A stretch of 64,000 bases of DNA from Octopus vulgaris (Eukaryota): contig OX597821.1 of assembly GCA_951406725.2 (NCBI GenBank), positions 68,200,001 through 68,264,000 of the forward strand. The letters are read 5' to 3'. Position numbers and translations under genes: made by a program. Shown here one piece after another: positions 26,261 to 39,932 of this stretch (positions within the stretch are counted from its first letter, which is position 1; each line of letters opens with the position of its first letter). Below the pieces are notes generated by a model that ran no database searches, was not told where the DNA came from, and was given only the letters and a program-made list of their open reading frames with translations.

Positions 26261-26676
26261 GTATAAGTGAGAATCTCCTTATTTACCTATAACTCTATCC
26301 CCCCTTTTTTTATATATATATTTTTGTATATATATATATTTTATATATATATATTTTTTTATATATATTTTTTATATTTTTTATTTTTTTATTTTTTTTT
26401 TTTATTTTATTTTATTTTATTTTATTTTTTTATTTTTTTATTTTTTTATTTTTATTTTTTTATTTTTTATTTTTTATTTTTTATTTTTTATATTTTTTTA
26501 TTTTTTTATTTTTTTATTTTTTTATTTATCTATTCTTTCATCTAACTTACCACTGACTCCTTGACCACTCCCCCAAGTATGATATTTTGCGCTATGCCTA
26601 CCCCCCAAAAAGTCCCCCACCACCACTCCTTTAAACCTGCCTAAATGTATAAATGCTAATACAATTCTTGTTAAAT

Positions 26677-26727
26677 AGCTTCCTGAAGATTTCTCTTGAA
26701 TGAAACAGTACTAGTCCTGTAGAAGCT
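26677..26727 (+). ncRNA. Type I hammerhead ribozyme (compact)
   Basis: agcttc CTGAAGA tttctcttgaat GAAA cagtactagtcctg TA gaagct. Helix I is a perfect 6 bp, helix III is one substitution from the palindrome CAGGACTAGTCCTG, and helix II is weak. Confidence 0.7.
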
Positions 26728-26810
26728 CCTTCTATATAATAAATTAATTTTACTCTGCTATGTATTGAGTACCTTACTTACTGTGGTTAACCCCGAATCA
26801 ACCCGGGACC

Positions 26811-26842
<32 letters not shown>

Positions 26843-26999
26843 CGCTCGGAAAACTGATCTGTTGGGGAATGCGAGGATTTTGAGATTGGAACAGAGATGT
26901 TAAGTGTCGTAGCAAAAGACCCTGATAACAGTTTGTTGTCGGTCCTTACAGATTTCGCCGAAACAAGTCAAATCAAGAGCTCTGAGAAGTAAAATATAA

Positions 27000-27000
<1 letters not shown>

Positions 27001-27090
<90 letters not shown>

Positions 27091-27323
27091 AAAGAGGAGG
27101 AGGAGGAGGAGGAGGAGGAGGAGAAGAAGAAGAAGAAGAAGAAGAAGAAGAAGAAGAAGAAGAATGAGGAGGAGAAGAAAAAGAAGAAGAAGAAGAAGAA
27201 GAAGAAGAAGAAGAAGAAGAAGAAGAATGAGGAGGAGGAGAAGAAAAAGAAGAAGAAGAAGAAGAAGAAGAAGAAGAAGAAGAAGAAGAAGAAGAAGAAG
27301 AAGAAGAAGAAGAAGAAGAAGAA
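27001..27323. repeat. Compound (AAT)n(GAT)n(GAG)n(GAA)n trinucleotide array
   Basis: Direct reading. It includes a ~230-bp almost pure purine stretch. Confidence 0.98.
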
Positions 27324-28855
27324 AATGCCCTGATGCAGTGCCAGGCAGTAGCTTTCATGGCTTCTCATCTTAACTGATTGGAAGTGTTATCATGTACATT
27401 GTTTTGTCTTGGTATAAAAGATGGGCTACAGCAAATATTCTGCTCAATACCACATATTTTCTTGTCAGTTGCTTGACCATAACCAGTTAAGCATGTCCTT
27501 TAGTGGCTGACGGTATGTGCATCATGATCACAAGCAGTGGGGGAGCATCGGAACCATGTGTTGGGAGGAATTCTTTGGGGTTTTAATAATCCACCTCTGG
27601 AAAAATAGGTATTTTGTTCATTACCTTATACAAATTTTATTCAAGGATATAATTTGAACAGGTTGGGTTGCTCAACCTGTAGAAAATTCTAACTAGGTCC
27701 CACCTGCAAGGTCATGTCTTGTTTATCTTGATATAAGATCACCATGTGGTGCACATATAGTTGTGATGCATGTGCATTTTAACATCCCATTGCGCTCATT
27801 TGACAAAACAGCCTCGCCTGTGTTTATAAACATTTTGTGCCAGCTTACTGCACTCGCTTAGAAGTGAATAGTTCCGTCTAACTTTCCACACATTTTTTCA
27901 TTTACTGTCAGAATATCAGTTATCAATGATTGTCAAATGTGTTGTAATGGCTTGTCCCTAACAGCTATAATTAGTGAATTAAGCTTCTTGTTTCAGATTT
28001 CCACCTCTTCATCAACTTCCCTCAACCTCAAGCGCAAGTACTGTTCATCTGACGAGCTTCCATTCAGTTTCCATCCATTTTATTTCAAGAAAAAGTTTTG
28101 GGCAGATCCATGACTAAAGATAGAAGAAAATTGAGCAACACGCTACGCAATGGGACCGAATACGAATCTATGTGATTGCGAAACCAACCTCTTAACAACA
28201 CCGCCATACTTGCGATAAATTTTTCTTCCGCTACATGCGTCGTTAGAAGAGAAGACAGCTTCTCATTGAAAGGTAACGAAAAAAGAATTAAATCTCTCTA
28301 TTGCACAACATTTGGAGACATTTAGATTGACTACTAAATATAACTATTCAAGCACTAAATCTTGATTTCAATTGGTTAGCCATGTAAAATCTTCAGATAC
28401 CAGTTGTCCCAAAACGTCTCCAAGATACTACAATATTGAACATAAATCTTGTTTAGTAGAAGATAAATGGAAAAGGCAAGAAGACACAATGTCTGTAATG
28501 TCTACTTATTTCCAGCGGGATTTATTTGAACACAAGAACACAAACATTTGGTTTACGTTGACTGAAAGCTAAAAATATCTTTTGAAAGTATTCTTACTTG
28601 AAATCTACAGAACGCAGATAGAAGAATATTTTCCGATCACTGTAGGCGTGATATTAAAATAGGGAAAAAATAAAACCACACAATATTTGAAACACTGTTT
28701 TCTATTTGATACAACTCGTCATACTGCGAAGGTACCAGCAATCGTTTAGACCCAATAAGGTCTCCGACTCTCACAATGTTCTGTCCATTTCCTTCCAACG
28801 ATAAGCTGCAGAGATAACCATAAACTCAACAAATTCCTCAATCTCTCTCTCTCCC

Positions 28856-28887
<32 letters not shown>

Positions 28888-29241
28888 ACATACACACACA
28901 CACACACACATTGCGAGGATATACTCCGATTTAAGGAAAACTCACTGCAGGTCCCCAAAAAGTCAACCTTTCTTAGTCTGCAAACACTAGTTCTATCTCA
29001 TTCACAACCAGAATCTCAAAGCTAATGGATGACTCCATTAACGACAGCGCTTTCCAAAACGTGAAATCTCTCTCACACTCTCTCTCTCTCACACTTAATC
29101 TCTCATTCTCTCTCTCTCTCCCTCTTTCTCCTACTTAATCTCTCAGTCTCTCTCTCCCTCTCTCTTTCGTCCCTTTAAAATAATGATAGGGCAGCATATC
29201 ACCAAGACATACGTTGCTGAATAACAGTGGTAAGGTGGTAA

Positions 29242-29286
<45 letters not shown>

Positions 29287-30192
29287 AATACAGCTTTTGG
29301 ACGTAATAATCATATATATTTGTATTTAGAATTTGGAATGTCGACTGAAGAGAGGAACACGAAACTATGAAGCGTTAGTATGGTTATCAGAATCCGTAGG
29401 ACTGTGTGTTTTCTATCGAATGTACTGGTTATATGAGATATTACATCGGGACAATGATAAACTATTTCTTTTGAAACACCACGACAAAATAGACAACAAA
29501 AGTTATATTTAAATCCTACAAGCTGCTAAATTCTGAATACAGATATCAGTATTCACATTTTGATGATAGTGAATTCGACGCAAAATAATGACTGATTCCT
29601 TCAATGTAATTGCTTACTTGCAATAAATAAGAAAGACGCCATGCCCGGAGTGGTGAAATAAGAAATGAAATCCGATAGTTAGAAATACAGTCGTACGGTT
29701 TCTGATAATCAAACCAGTTGCTAACATTCGACGCCTTTCTCCGTTTGACGACCTTACAGCACTCTACTAAATACAATACTACTTTGCAATAAAAAATACT
29801 TTATACAGAGGATCATATGCGTTCAATAGATTTTTATGAAAAGCAGAAGACACGACAACCAGTGACATAAGATAGATAAGTGGAAGAAATGTCCAAAAGA
29901 AGAATGAATCTCGTATAAAGGCAGTGAAGCGGAATAATGATTAGAGAGTCGAACAAAATGTCATGTAACATTTTGAGAGTTCATATTCTGTGAACAAATT
30001 TCATCAACATAAACTTCGTTTTTCAGCCTCCCGAGATTCGTTGAATTAAAGTACTAATCAAGAACCTGGGTTGATTCGATCTATTTAACTTTCCCAGCAA
30101 ATCTGTGGCCTTATCTTTATATCAGAAATTATTTTACTTTTGTTTTTATTGTTGATGTTGTTGCTGTGGTAAGATGGTGGAATAAGGTGACG

Positions 30193-31633
30193 GGAATCTT
30201 TTCTGTTGTTATTTTCTATTTTTTTAATTTTGTTCCAATTATTTTCTATTTTTAAAATTTTGTTCCAATTGTTTTTAAATCCGGTGTACTGGTGTAGTTT
30301 TGTATGCTGATTATGGACACGAAATTCATTTTTGACATAAATTAATAAATGAATAGTTTAAAGCTTTCAAAGTATGCAAATTATGGGTAATTTTAACCAA
30401 TCGGAAACCAAAAACACATCGGTGTCTGTTTCCATAGTAACAAGCTAAACTATAAGTCCGCTTCAGAAAAGAATGCAACGAGAGCGTGTCTGTCAGAAAG
30501 GATACATGTTTGGAAGGCTACACCCTTACTCTCAGGACTGTACTACTTCTTTCCTTTACTCCTTGGGGAAGAAATTGACTTCAGTCTGGTTTGTGTTGAA
30601 GAACTGGGGATGAGCCACGGTACAGCTGTTGGTTACAATAGCTATACTCGTGAAATATGTATGGAGGACCTGCTCCACCACCCAATTCAAAACGGCGGTC
30701 CTGAGAAGATTGTTGAGATAGATGAAACTGTCTTCTCGAGACGTAAATACAACCGAGGAAAGGCGCTTACTACTTGGGCAATGATGTATCAGAAGAGTGT
30801 GTCGCGAGACCATAAATGTTTTTCTTTAGGCGGTGCCATGTCGGAATCACAACACATTAGAGGAATACATACGTCAGTCAGTTCTTCCAAGAACTACAAT
30901 TTTCAGTGATTTCTAGAGGGCTTACTCCCATATTCCTGAAACTGATGGTTATAATTTTCGATATAGAGCAGGGAATCACAGTGTTGAACTTATCAACTTG
31001 AAAATGGTATCCACACGCAACAAGTGAGAAAAGACACGTGGGCCCGTGTAAAACGGAGAAATAAATAATACTGTGAGACCTACCGTTCTATGGATGACTC
31101 GTATCTCTGCGAGTTTATGTGCCGCAGGAGATACGAAAATTGTAATTTGTTTGAAGAGAAACTCTTAGACAATACCTCGAAATTTAATTTTTGAAATTTC
31201 GCTACAAATATGTATTGATTGTTTACACAAGCCACAATAGTATAACGTACAGTTTGTTTGTATTTTGGAATTTTTCGCAAAATAATTTTCAATGAGAATT
31301 TTTCCTTTTTGAATTATTTAAATGCTTGTTCCGCCGTTTTACATGACGTTATTCATTAAAATTTATTAAGACTTCAAAACTTTTTTACAGTTATCGTCGT
31401 CGTCGATTTTGTGATAGACAGGTATCACGGAGTAAATGCCAACTTCCAAGTCCTGTTTTGTGATTAGGTAAAAACTATCAAACTATAAACGTCTAATATT
31501 TTTCTAAATTTTTTCTAGGACAAGTGAAAAACAAAATTATATTCAGCTTGAAAAATTACATCAATATACCGAATTTTAAAATGTTCACTTCATTTTAAAA
31601 TTTCGAAAATTGTAACAGCAACAGAAAAGATCC
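30193..31633 (+). mobile_element. Merlin/IS1595 (ISXO2-like) DNA transposon remnant
   Basis: Termini gg(a)atcttttctgttg / caacagaaaagatcc and matching subterminal inverted segments (30277-30315 vs 31535-31577). Transposase remnant GGPEKIVEIDETVFSRRKYNRG...SD..RAY...NHS...GIHTQ. Confidence 0.8.
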
Positions 31634-31640
31634 GCTCGTG

Positions 31641-32670
31641 GTCTGGCAGAACCGTTAGCACGCCGGGCGAAATGCTTTGCGGTATTTCGTCTGCCACTAC
31701 GTTCTGAGTTCAAATTCCGCCGAGGTCGACTTTGCCTTTCATCCTTTCGAGGTCGATTAAATAAGTGCCAGTTACGCACTGGGGTCAATGTAATCGACTT
31801 AATCCGTTTGTCTGTCCTTGTTTGTCCCCTCTATGTTTAGCCCCTTGTGGGTAGTAAAGAAATAGGTATTTCGTCTGCCTCTACATTCTCAGTTCAAATT
31901 CCGCCAAGATCGACTTTGCCTTTCATCCTTTCGGGGTCGATTAAATAAGTACCAGGTACGCACTGGGGTCGATATAATCGACTTAATCCGTTTGTCTGTC
32001 CTTGTTTGTCCCCTCTGTGTGTAGCCCCTTGTAGGCAGCAAAGAAATAAGAATCCTTAGCACACCGGAGAAAATGCTTTGCAGCATTTCGTCCGGTTTTA
32101 TATTCTGTGTTCAAATTTCGTCGAGATCCACTTTGCTGTTCATCTTTTCGAACTCGATAAAATAAATACCAATCGAGCACTGGGGTTCATCTAATCGATA
32201 TATCTCCCACCCAATAATTTTAGGCCGTATAATAGAAAGAATTATAGGATGTTGGATTGCCAAACTTTTTACAGCATCATACAAAATCTTCAGAATATGA
32301 AGAATTAGTATTTGTTCCGATTAAGTGTTTAAATCCCGTCGAGGTCTACTTTTCTTTTCATCTTTCCGGGATCGATAAAGTTGTGTGTCAGTCAAGTACT
32401 GGTTTGGAGTAAACGACTACCTTCTCTCAAAACTTCTGTCCTAGAGTCTAAAACAGAAACAAATTAAAAGCAGCGAGCTGGCAGAATCGTTTTTTTTTTT
32501 TTTTTTTTTTCTTTCTGGCTTTTTACTTTTTGGTTCCAAATCCCTCCGGTATCAACTTTACCTTTTATTCTTTCGAGATTGATAAAATAAAGAACCGGTC
32601 AGGTACTATGATCAGTGACATCTTCTAACCCACCTTCCCTAAGCTTGAAGGCTATCTGCCAAAAGTTGAA
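31641..32670 (+). mobile_element. SINE family A tandem array (3 linked units plus 2 older degenerate copies)
   Basis: Units start at ~31641, ~31864 and ~32050. Degenerate copies lie at ~32250-32460 and ~32470-32670. Confidence 0.85.
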
Positions 32671-33879
32671 AGAATTATTAATTTATCTTTATTATTTCAT
32701 GTTTCGGAAAATACGTCGAGTTCCCTCTTTCAAAACGAGGTTTATGTTCAGCTTGGAGAACTTACAATGCATTAGAGATTAATAAGGATGTTAAATAGAT
32801 TTATTCTGTTTTAACAATGTTGTACAAACAAAGTTAATGAAGATGTTCAGGGTTAACAAATGGGTACGGTGAACCAGTTTGTTCAAGACTAACAAAGCTT
32901 CAAAATATTTACAAATCCTAGCACTGCCATAATGTGGAACGTGTCTGTGTTTATCGTTAGAGATAATTTGTTGAATATCATTACAGAAATATATTTGAAT
33001 CTCTCCTGCTATATCAGTTACAAATAGGGAGGTTAACACATTCTTTGAATGTTGTAATGGTTTTAATTAAACAGTTAGACCGCTCTCATTATTCAGCTCT
33101 CAGACATTTGGTATGGCTTCATCCTCATTTAAGTTAATACGCTCTTGTTATTTTTGTAAATTGAAATTATCAAGTACTGTATGGTGGTCTATATGTCTGC
33201 TAAAATCCCGTAATATTTACATATTATTATTTTCTGAGACAGGTGGCATGCTCTTATTTGTTCTTATTTATATTATTTTTACTTAAACATGTATATATAT
33301 ATATATGTTTTGGGTAATTTATCTGTGTTTGTTTACCAATGTTTAATATATCTTAATATACTGGGTAACGAAGGTGGAGGACTGCAGAATCGCTACCGCA
33401 CCGGGCAAAATTTAGTCCGTCTTCACTTTCTGTTTTGAAATTCCGCCGAGGTAGTCGAGTTTGCCTTTCATACTTTCGAGTAGAGTACTGGGAATTATGT
33501 AATCGGCTTACCCACTCCCTCGTTTCTGCTTTATTTGTTTCCATATGAGAGCGAACTGATGCATATGTTTTTTACTCAAAAGTACAGAAAGACAAAAACG
33601 GAAAAACAACAAGAGCAGACGCTGTTACTTCTGGTGCAGCGTCTGATACGGCTCTAAAGCGCTGAAAATGAACCCTTTCCTTTTCGATTCAATAATGCCA
33701 CATCTTTTAATAATGAAGAGGATATTGAAAGCAAGCAGGCGTAGAAGACTGGTTGAGATAACGTGAAGGCAAAGAGAAGACAAAAGAGCCTGCAAAATAA
33801 GTATACACGAGGCAAAAAAATGTGTTAGGAGGATCTCATTCCAACCCCATATCGAATTCAAACTGAGAGGTCCCACCGC

Positions 33880-34140
33880 CTTCCTACGGCTGAATTTGGC
33901 AGGCAGTCTTTATCTATGCGGTGGCCATAGCCAAAAAGGTTGTGCGGTGGATCAGACTGGAAGAGCTGAAGGCAGATACCGTCCTTTTTGGACAAGCCTT
34001 CGAAGTTTTCAAGTGAAACTTTAAAAGCAAGGTGAGAGTGAAATGAAAAGTGCTGCCTTCCAGCAAATATGTTGAAAGGTGGATGGGAGCTGCAAGAAGG
34101 ATCTGAGCGGCTGAGCCTGCTCTGAGCACAGGACTGTAGA
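33880..34140 (+). mobile_element. Decayed L1/Tx1-like 3' fragment
   Basis: Homologous to 35520-35710 (VA.AK.VV.W.RL motif). Confidence 0.55.
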
Positions 34141-34431
34141 TTGAAGGAGGATTGTAGGGAGAGAGCACTTTCCCAAGAGGTCAGGGAGACAATTGGGTTT
34201 CCACTAGCGGCCCTCGGAACTTCTCTGCTTTTGAGGAATTATTTGTTACTTTGCTGAATTTTTCATTTCTTTATTTCTTCTATTTTACGGCTTTTATATA
34301 TGCCTACATAGCATTGTATTGTGACCTATACCATCTGCAATACTTTTGCAAACTCTTAGGGATTCATGAAGAAAGCATTATTATTTTATTATTATAATTA
34401 TTATTGTTGTTATTATCATTATTATTATTAT

Positions 34432-34508
<77 letters not shown>

Positions 34509-34559
34509 TTATTATTATCATTATTATAATTATTATTATTATTATTTTTATTATTATTA

Positions 34560-35125
34560 AAGACATCGCACAGTGTCAAATATTGTGATGTAGATTGAAG
34601 ATATTGTGTGTACCGAGGTGGGGGGGTTGTACCGTCTGTCAAGACACAATAAAGATCTCGGACAGACAGTACTTTACGCAGTATGTGTGCAGTTCCAAGT
34701 AAAGCCGATTTTTGCAATACACCAAGATTGTAGGATATTTCCAAAGTGACCAGATGTTTCTTCAGGCTGGTAAGTTTTGAACCCAATGCTCTGATTACAA
34801 CAGAAACAACCTTTATGCTTGACAATCTCAATTCTCAGGTCTCCATATTTGTCGACTTTTTTCTCTTTTTTTTTTTTTTTTTTCATAATATGATCTCCTG
34901 ACACTGTCACGTCGATTATTTGGCACTCCTAAAGGTTGAAATATCCGGTCTTCGGTGCTCTAACACCCTGTCTGTTTGAAAGTCAAAGTCCCAGAAAATC
35001 TTTGCCTTCCCGTTTTCGTCCATTACCTTTTCCGGTATATGTTAGTACCAAGCACCCGTGCAACTCGTAACAATACTTCTAGCATAATAGCCAGTGAAGG
35101 TTATGGGCTATCTTGTCGAGTCTAC
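34560..35125 (-). mobile_element. R4/Dong-like RLE fragment with 3' UTR
   Basis: DKIAHNLHWLLC, FWDFDFQTDRVLEHRRPDI, EKVDKYGDLRIEI and LQKSALLGTAHILRKVL. Same family as 2383-2832, bounded by (TAA/TAG)n on both sides. Confidence 0.85.
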
Positions 35126-35141
35126 GCTTGTACTCTATAAA

Positions 35142-35201
<60 letters not shown>

Positions 35202-35733
35202 CGGTGCCGACGAGAACGAACTGGTTAGTCTGTTCCGGAGGACTTTCCGGTCGGGAACTATCATGGATAATTTCCAGATGTCCTTGGTCTGGCAGTGCTA
35301 CCAGGGTGTGCTACCGGTTCGAGATAAACTCTACAGGCATGGATGTGCTGTCAGACGGACTTGTCCGAGGTGCGCGCAGAGTGACGAAACCGTTCTGCAC
35401 GCCCTCGTTCAATGTCCGAGCATTGCTGACTTGTGGGGTTATGTCGAACAGCTGCTGTTACGTGAGGGACGGATCCGTCTGTCGGCCGAGTCTGTAGTGA
35501 TGATCACCCCCGACGCCATCCTTCAATCAGGCAGGCAAAGCACTTTTTCTTTGCAGGTGGCAGTGGCGAAAGAGGTTGTTTGGTGGACAAGGCTGAAAGG
35601 CATGAGGACAGATACTTTCCTCTCTGAAAAGGAAATTGAGAATGGAGAGGGAAGTGCTGTCCTCGAGTGAGTTTATTGAAATGTGGGTGAAAGTTGAGAA
35701 AATAACAAGAATGAATGGTTCCTCTCTAAGCGT
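35202..35733 (+). mobile_element. L1/Tx1-clade ORF2 C-terminal (zf-RVT) fragment
   Basis: W.CY.GVLPVRDKL....CPRC....ETVLHALVQCP, a CCHC knuckle of L1/Tx1 type. It is embedded in (ATT)n on both sides. Confidence 0.8.
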
Positions 35734-35748
35734 ATTATTATTATTATT

Positions 35749-35821
<73 letters not shown>

Positions 35822-35989
35822 TTTCCTTCTTTCGGCAAATTTTCTTCCGTTTCTCGCCGAGTGTTTTCCGTACACCTAGGGCAGAGAAGCACATTGTATG
35901 CATTCCCAGATTACACACACAAATTCATAGGTAAAATATGTATTTAAAATTTTAATAAATAAATAAACTAATGAATCGATGTTGATTTA

Positions 35990-36221
35990 ACAGCGATAAT
36001 GCTCTTCTCAGTACATGAGTCGTTCCAGTTAACACGATTTTTTGCACTTCCTGTAGGGATGGTAAGCCTCGTATCATTTTCAAATAGGTTTCAGTACCTT
36101 TTTTTTTATCATTCCTAGAGATCCTACAATCACTGGTACTGTAGTCGCCTTGAGGTGCCACATTTTTTCAATTTCTATTAGCAAGTCTTTATATTTACTC
36201 ATCTTGTCAAATTCTTTTGCC
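35990..36221 (-). mobile_element. R4-like RLE extreme 3' fragment
   Basis: EFDKMSKYKDLLIEIEKMWHL...GLPSLQEVQKIVLTGTTHVLRRAL. Truncated at (ATT)n. Confidence 0.8.
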
Positions 36222-36359
<138 letters not shown>

Positions 36360-37293
36360 TTTACAATATAGCCCTAGCTTTTACAGCTCTAGCATACCGG
36401 GGGAATCTAACAAATAAGTGTATAAGGTATAAAACAAAAGTATGCGAATAGAAATTAATTTATATACATGTAGATGTAAATACAGGACATGATAAATATC
36501 AAAAGCTAAATGTATGTGTGTGTGCTTTTGAGTGGTGTATGTTTGTGGTGGTGTATGTTTGTGGTGGTGTATGTTTATGGTGATGTACATGCTAAAACAG
36601 CAAATATGCAATGACAAAACAAAACTCAGCAAAAATCGATGACAAACAACTGAGTCGAAAATCCTACAAATGCAAGCAAGAAACGCTAATATCCAAAGCC
36701 ATACCCTGAACGATTGTGATAAGAAACACAAATACGAAAGAGGCTAGCAATATAGCAAATTTACCTGTGTCAGAGGATATTATTAGCCTGAAAGAAAAGA
36801 TATTAAAAGATGCTGACATTCTAAGCTAAAACACTCTTCCAAAGTTGAAAGTAAATTAAGAATGGATGAAAAAAGATATCGATGTACAAGAGAACAATCT
36901 CCCACGTCCTAAAACAGGAACAATTTATTGACGTAAGCAGACTAAGCTAGATCCTTTATGCAACTAGCACAAGTATTTTTTCAACAAATGGATATAAGTT
37001 AGCAGAACAAACTGAAATAATGAAAATATAAAAATGCAACGAATCAATTTTTCAAAGAAGAAAGTATGAAGAGGAAATATTTAGCAAAAAGATTCTTCAA
37101 TTCTTTGTGAAATAAGAGGGGAGACAATGAAAGTGTAAGGAAAAGACGCAAATAATGTTTTTGAAATTCAGTTTAACGTTAGGAGGTATTCTGAAGACAG
37201 AAGAGGAGAGCCAGAAACAGACCCTAATCCTCAAAACAAAGTACCAGGTTTGAAAACCAGTGAGTCATTTTTATGCAAGTCAATCAGCTCATA

Positions 37294-37806
37294 TCTATAT
37301 ATATAAAACTGTAGTTGTGTGAGTGTCTGTCCCCTTTGATTTAGATTCCTAACTACTCCCACATTTTGCGGTGCAGTTTAACCAAATTCGGGTATCTTAT
37401 AGTCGTGATTCATATCGAGCCCGTCTGAGTATTAGCGCGCGTCTACGATGAGTCTACGATTTTAAAAATAATTTAACATCAGTTTTTATTCCATTTTAAT
37501 GCATAATTTTTCGTGTGTCGATGGCGGCGGAGTTGGCGTCTATGGTCACACCTGCACCTGTTTGCTTCTCCCCCTTCTTCCCTCCCTCGTGAAGCTGTGG
37601 GGGAGGGAGTGTAAGGAAATCAACGTCGTAAAGCGTTGTCAAGGAGACCAGCGTTCTTTTAGAACAACGACTTCATGACTTGAAGACACCAAAACAGAAA
37701 TGGCTAAGAAAGCCCGAATTGGCATCTATAAGGGAAGTAACTCTCTAAAAATGCTTATATAGTTATTTCCCTTACAAACCCGAGCAACGCCGGGCGATAC
37801 TGCTAG
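37294..37806 (+). mobile_element. Complete non-autonomous Helitron
   Basis: A|TC 5' end (tctatatatataaaactg), 3' hairpin cccg-agcaacgc-cggg, CTAG|T end and no TSD. Confidence 0.92.
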
Positions 37807-38102
37807 TTCAATGTAAAGAAATTTTATAAGGAATTTAACGAAGCTAAACTGAAATAACTCATATCACCTGGAAAAACGATGGGAGTTACTTTTTTTTTAA
37901 AAATCACTATAGGGAATTATAATATCGTTTATAATGATATCACCGTGTGATCGAACAGTACAACTTAGCTCAGAAATGCCCTAAATTCAAGGGAGAAAAT
38001 TTTTATAAATCAGTCTTTGAAGCACTTCAGATAACTGCAAACTGGACCAAACTCTTTTATTGATAAGTTTATGAAATTCTGGCTGACACATTTAACAAAC
38101 GG

Positions 38103-38350
38103 GGATCTTTTCCCTTTGAACGGCAGATCGAGAAATTAATTTTTTGTAACTAAACACTTTCAAACTTCGGATACACTGGTAAAATGTATCATATAAAACA
38201 TCTTTTACTCTTAGTGTTGTTGAGAAAAGTTTATATTTTCAAAGTTATTTCGTGTTAAAGTAGTCGTATTTCGGTAATTTCAACCAATCAATGACGTGTA
38301 TTCAGCTGAATAAAATTACTGCCGTTGTTTGTCAATAACAATTATCGGTT
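38103..38350 (+). mobile_element. One-ended MITE fragment with Merlin-like terminus
   Basis: Starts ggatcttttc, the same terminus as the 30193-31633 element. No partner end was found. Confidence 0.45.
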
Positions 38351-38788
38351 TTACTTACCCTTAACTGGTGATGTAGGGGCTGACCTCACAACACGTGAGG
38401 CAGCCCTTTTTGGGGAAACCTATAATATGTTGGGGTTTTTTCCTCTTAATGAGGACAACAGTTCAAATCCCACCCCCGCTGGGGGCGGTGCGCAACAATA
38501 AACCCTACAACGGCTTTAACAAGTTCAATTTTTCAACAAATAACAACTGCCAAAATGGCTTCACACAAACAATTCCTGTCTCCCGTCACCGGGAAAAAGC
38601 ACAAAAAATGTTCAAAGTTTAACAACTCAATAATGTTCAAAAATTCAACAATGTTCAACTACGATAAACAGTTAATAATTCCAACAAAAAAACAATTTAA
38701 TCTCCAACAACACGTCCGACTCGCCGCCAAACAAAAGCTCGTCCAACAAAGAGACCGGTAAGCAAGCTACTTACCACACAGCCACTCC

Positions 38789-38833
<45 letters not shown>

Positions 38834-38855
38834 GTATGTATGTATGTGTGTTTGT

Positions 38856-38895
<40 letters not shown>

Positions 38896-38918
38896 CATTC
38901 ATATATATATATACATGT

Positions 38919-38957
<39 letters not shown>

Positions 38958-38973
38958 TATATATATATATATG

Positions 38974-39932
38974 ATATAAATAATACATAAATATATGCAT
39001 ATATACATATATATGTACATACCTACATCTATATGTATATATACATGCATATATGGGTACAGGACATCAAAAAAACGTTGAACACAATGAGAAATGAAAG
39101 CATAAAAACAAAAACATGGAAACGAACTTTTTTCGAACATCGAAAAAACACAGTACAAGACATACAACTAAAGGAATATTCCCCTTCTTCTGTTGTCCCT
39201 GTTTCGTGTACTCCGCGTAGCGAAGGTAAGTACAAGACGCGACTTCGTTGAAACAATCCTTCCCTCAAAGCAAATTAAATAAAATTTGGGATTTTTTGCG
39301 GTGGGGTAAAAGTGGTAACAAGAACAGGTCAGTAAGAACAAAACAAGACAGTAAAAACACTAACAGTAAAAACAGTAAAAGACAGAACAAAGAGAATAAC
39401 ACAGTAAAAACAAACGATGAGTGTTGTTTATGCCAAGACGATGGAAAAATTATTCTGAACGTTTGAGGAGACAGCTTATGAGAGAGACAGGATAAGCGGT
39501 CTTGTCTTGGTGAAGATAGAAGTTGGAAAGATGGCTTCATTCTGATCACGTGTCAGTGACGAGAGAGTCGCGGAGGATGTGGAGGAGGAGGAGTAAGAGA
39601 GAGGGAACGGTGAAGGGGTGAGGAGAAGAATAGGGAAGGGTGGGAGAGAAAAACAGAAAGGATGAAGAACAAGAGAAGGAGAGAGATAGACAGAGGAGAA
39701 ATAGTACAGAAGAGTGCGCATCATAATTATTAAGATAAAATTTACTTGGAAAAGGATGCGTGGTGTTCGATCATATAATAATATAAATAATATATAAATA
39801 TATGCATATATACATAAATATATGTACATACCTACATCTATATGTATATATACATGCATATATGGGTACAGGATATCGAAAAAACGTTGAACACGATGAG
39901 AAACGAAAACATAAAAACAAAAACATGGAAAC
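38974..39932. repeat. ~150-bp direct repeats (38974-39123, 39781-39932) bracketing ~650 bp of non-coding sequence
   Basis: atgtacatacctacatctatatg...atgggtacagga.atc.aaaaaacgttgaacac.atgagaaa...catggaaacg occurs twice. Confidence 0.9.

Noticed and set aside
26900-27373. Poly-S/F/R ORFs
   Set aside because: Trinucleotide repeat artefacts.
29335-29430. Hammerhead candidate (CTGAAGA...GAAA)
   Set aside because: No convincing helix I or III. At most a dead remnant.
38365-38760. Possible solo LTR (starts TG)
   Set aside because: No matching CA end, TSD or second copy was identified.
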